UHGV virus genome: UHGV-0016284
Direction: 5' to 3' (one strand)
DNA length: 55,548 bases
From: a virus
The notes under the pieces are model-generated. The model had not been told where the DNA came from, did no database searches, and saw nothing but the letters and a program-made list of their open reading frames with translations. Of this stretch, positions 54,374 through 55,548 are shown piece by piece. A program made the translations under genes and the position numbers. The number at the start of each line of letters is the position of its first letter. Within the stretch, counting starts at the first letter, position 1.

Positions 54374-54570
54374 TGGGGGTTGTTATGTACGGGACTTGTG
54401 TAGTTGACAAAACTTACGCTTTTACATTGTTTGACGACTATGAGATCAACGACCTTACTGTAAAAGCTGACAACGGCGATATATGGTATCTTCACGACGT
54501 TGGTGATGGGTACGTGGGGTGTAGATCCCGGGAAGGGAAGGAGGTTTTATTTTTGGTTGATGGCGTATAA
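54373..54570 (+). CDS. small hypothetical protein (61-65 aa) after M
   Basis: ORF overlapping the M stop; likelier start is ATG 54385 (GGGGG ribosome-binding site). Not L-like. Confidence 0.4.
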   Translation: MGVVMYGTCVVDKTYAFTLFDDYEINDLTVKADNGDIWYLHDVGDGYVGCRSREGKEVLFLVDGV

Positions 54571-54575
54571 ACACG

Positions 54576-54604
54576 ACCCCGCGCGAAGCGGGGTTATTAT
54601 TATT
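54576..54604. terminator. bidirectional hairpin terminator
   Basis: ccccgc-gcgaa-gcgggg followed by ttattattatt; the stem is the reverse complement of the one at 5958. Confidence 0.6.
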
Positions 54605-54716
54605 CCATTTCCATTAATGCTATATTTTCTGCTATCGTTTTCCAGTCCAGATCTACAGCATGAACGCCAAATACTATCAATCCCATTATTATTAGCGCCA
54701 AAACTTCTATTTTCAT
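54600..54716 (-). CDS. hydrophobic minipeptide (38 aa)
   Basis: MKIEVLALIIMGLIVFGVHAVDLDWKTIAENIALMEME; GGTGA ribosome-binding site. Confidence 0.35.
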   Translation of the reverse strand: MKIEVLALIIMGLIVFGVHAVDLDWKTIAENIALMEME

Positions 54717-54726
54717 AATCTGTCAC

Positions 54727-54975
54727 CTATAAGTTATCACGCAGATAATTAACGCCCTTATCAGTGACGAATGAATGGTTAACCTGGTTTTCATCCGTCA
54801 TGATGATGAATAACTTTTCCTGTAGGTATTTCGCTTTCGGGTACAGCGTTAAACAGACCTGGTACAGTATCCCGCGCTCAATCAGCAAATCAATAAATTC
54901 GTGCTCATGATAACCGACGAGGCGGGCGGCCTGTTTCAACGTGTACACATAGTCACCGTGATTGCTCCGCCCCAT
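54727..54975 (-). CDS. hypothetical protein (82 aa), possible DNA-binding
   Basis: YTLKQAARLVGYHEHEFIDLLIERGIL looks HTH-like. Tentative. Confidence 0.4.
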   Translation of the reverse strand: MGRSNHGDYVYTLKQAARLVGYHEHEFIDLLIERGILYQVCLTLYPKAKYLQEKLFIIMTDENQVNHSFVTDKGVNYLRDNL

Positions 54976-54984
54976 ATTACCGCC

Positions 54985-55335
54985 TTATTTATCGAAGGCT
55001 GAAAGATTATCAATACAGAAGTCTTTAGCCGCTTTTTCGTATTCGCGTTTTGCTTCTGGATCGTCAGCCGGGAAACCTTTTGCGTGTATTTCACCAGGGC
55101 AAGACTGATCCATAGAGTCTGCAAATTCAACATTGACGTTAAAGTTAATATCTTTCGGGTTCATCTCTTCCACCTTATCCGGTACTTGGACCGGAGTAAT
55201 GTCAAATTCACGAGCGCTAGACCAACAGCGCAGTAATTCACGACCTTCATCACGCGCGGCGTTGTATGTATCGAATAACCCCATGCGCTCCCATTCGCAT
55301 TTATCAGTGAACACTTCTAAGCTGTATTTTTGCAT
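54985..55335 (-). CDS. hypothetical protein (116 aa)
   Basis: Antisense ORF overlapping the upstream gene end. Confidence 0.45.
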   Translation of the reverse strand: MQKYSLEVFTDKCEWERMGLFDTYNAARDEGRELLRCWSSAREFDITPVQVPDKVEEMNPKDINFNVNVEFADSMDQSCPGEIHAKGFPADDPEAKREYEKAAKDFCIDNLSAFDK

Positions 55336-55507
55336 TTTTTGTTATAACCTCCCATTTGGCAGGTTCGATCCTGTATCCCAAAACGCGGTCATCTTCAGCA
55401 AGTAAAAGCGCGTCAGTTAGTGCCTCGCCTTCGTCTTTATACAGAGCTACAGTCATTTCCCTGCCGCCTGACAGGAATACCGTCAACCTCCACACCTTAT
55501 CAGCCAT
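55304..55507 (-). CDS. hypothetical protein (67 aa)
   Basis: GGAGGTG ribosome-binding site before ATG 55507 (track start 55525); the cassette may continue beyond the window end. Confidence 0.4.
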   Translation of the reverse strand: MADKVWRLTVFLSGGREMTVALYKDEGEALTDALLLAEDDRVLGYRIEPAKWEVITKNAKIQLRSVH

Positions 55508-55548
55508 CTCACACCTCCGCGCCATTTTGTTAACCCTGCTTCCTTTTG

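Noticed and set aside
55340-55400. tRNA-like T-arm (caggttcgatcctg) suggesting a tRNA gene or attachment core
   Set aside because: No acceptor stem, D-arm or anticodon arm can be built around it, and it lies inside overlapping protein-coding ORFs; judged a chance match.
1-55548. Interpretation as an integrated prophage with host flanks
   Set aside because: No host-like genes or tRNA at either edge, and the tail-fibre to int junction is continuous, so the window appears to be phage DNA in the attP permutation. The missing L/K-type genes presumably lie outside the window.

Overview
The window reads as a near-complete genome of a temperate lambdoid siphophage in its non-integrated, attP-intact permutation; no bacterial housekeeping genes or tRNA/rRNA genes were recognised. 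Order 5'->3': the 3' end of a tail-assembly gene; a lambda-J-like central tail fibre carrying a long coiled-coil repeat insertion; an antisense lipoprotein gene; a side tail fibre with a C-terminal S74-type intramolecular chaperone domain; an attP-like region and a P4-type tyrosine integrase. A minus-strand early operon follows (AlpA/Xis-like, NinB, DnaB-type helicase, an HTH-metallophosphoesterase fusion, Rha, a multidomain HNH endonuclease, an O-like initiator with origin iterons inside its own coding sequence). Then come a cI-like repressor and a long plus-strand operon: N-like protein, Erf, SSB, many small ORFs, Dam methyltransferase, a second HNH endonuclease, NinG, RusA, Q, about 15 further small ORFs, a cargo gene isolated between two terminators, a pinholin/SAR-endolysin/Rz/Rz1 lysis cassette, terminase, portal, head, tail, tape measure and M. 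The most unusual content is a tandem array of eight single-helix minipeptide genes between lysis and terminase, and three opposite-strand accessory cassettes inserted into the tail module; these are the best candidates for undescribed exclusion, toxin-like or defence functions. All functional calls come from motif recognition by eye, synteny and the supplied ORF track; no database search or computation was run, and start codons were re-assigned by hand from ribosome-binding-site context.
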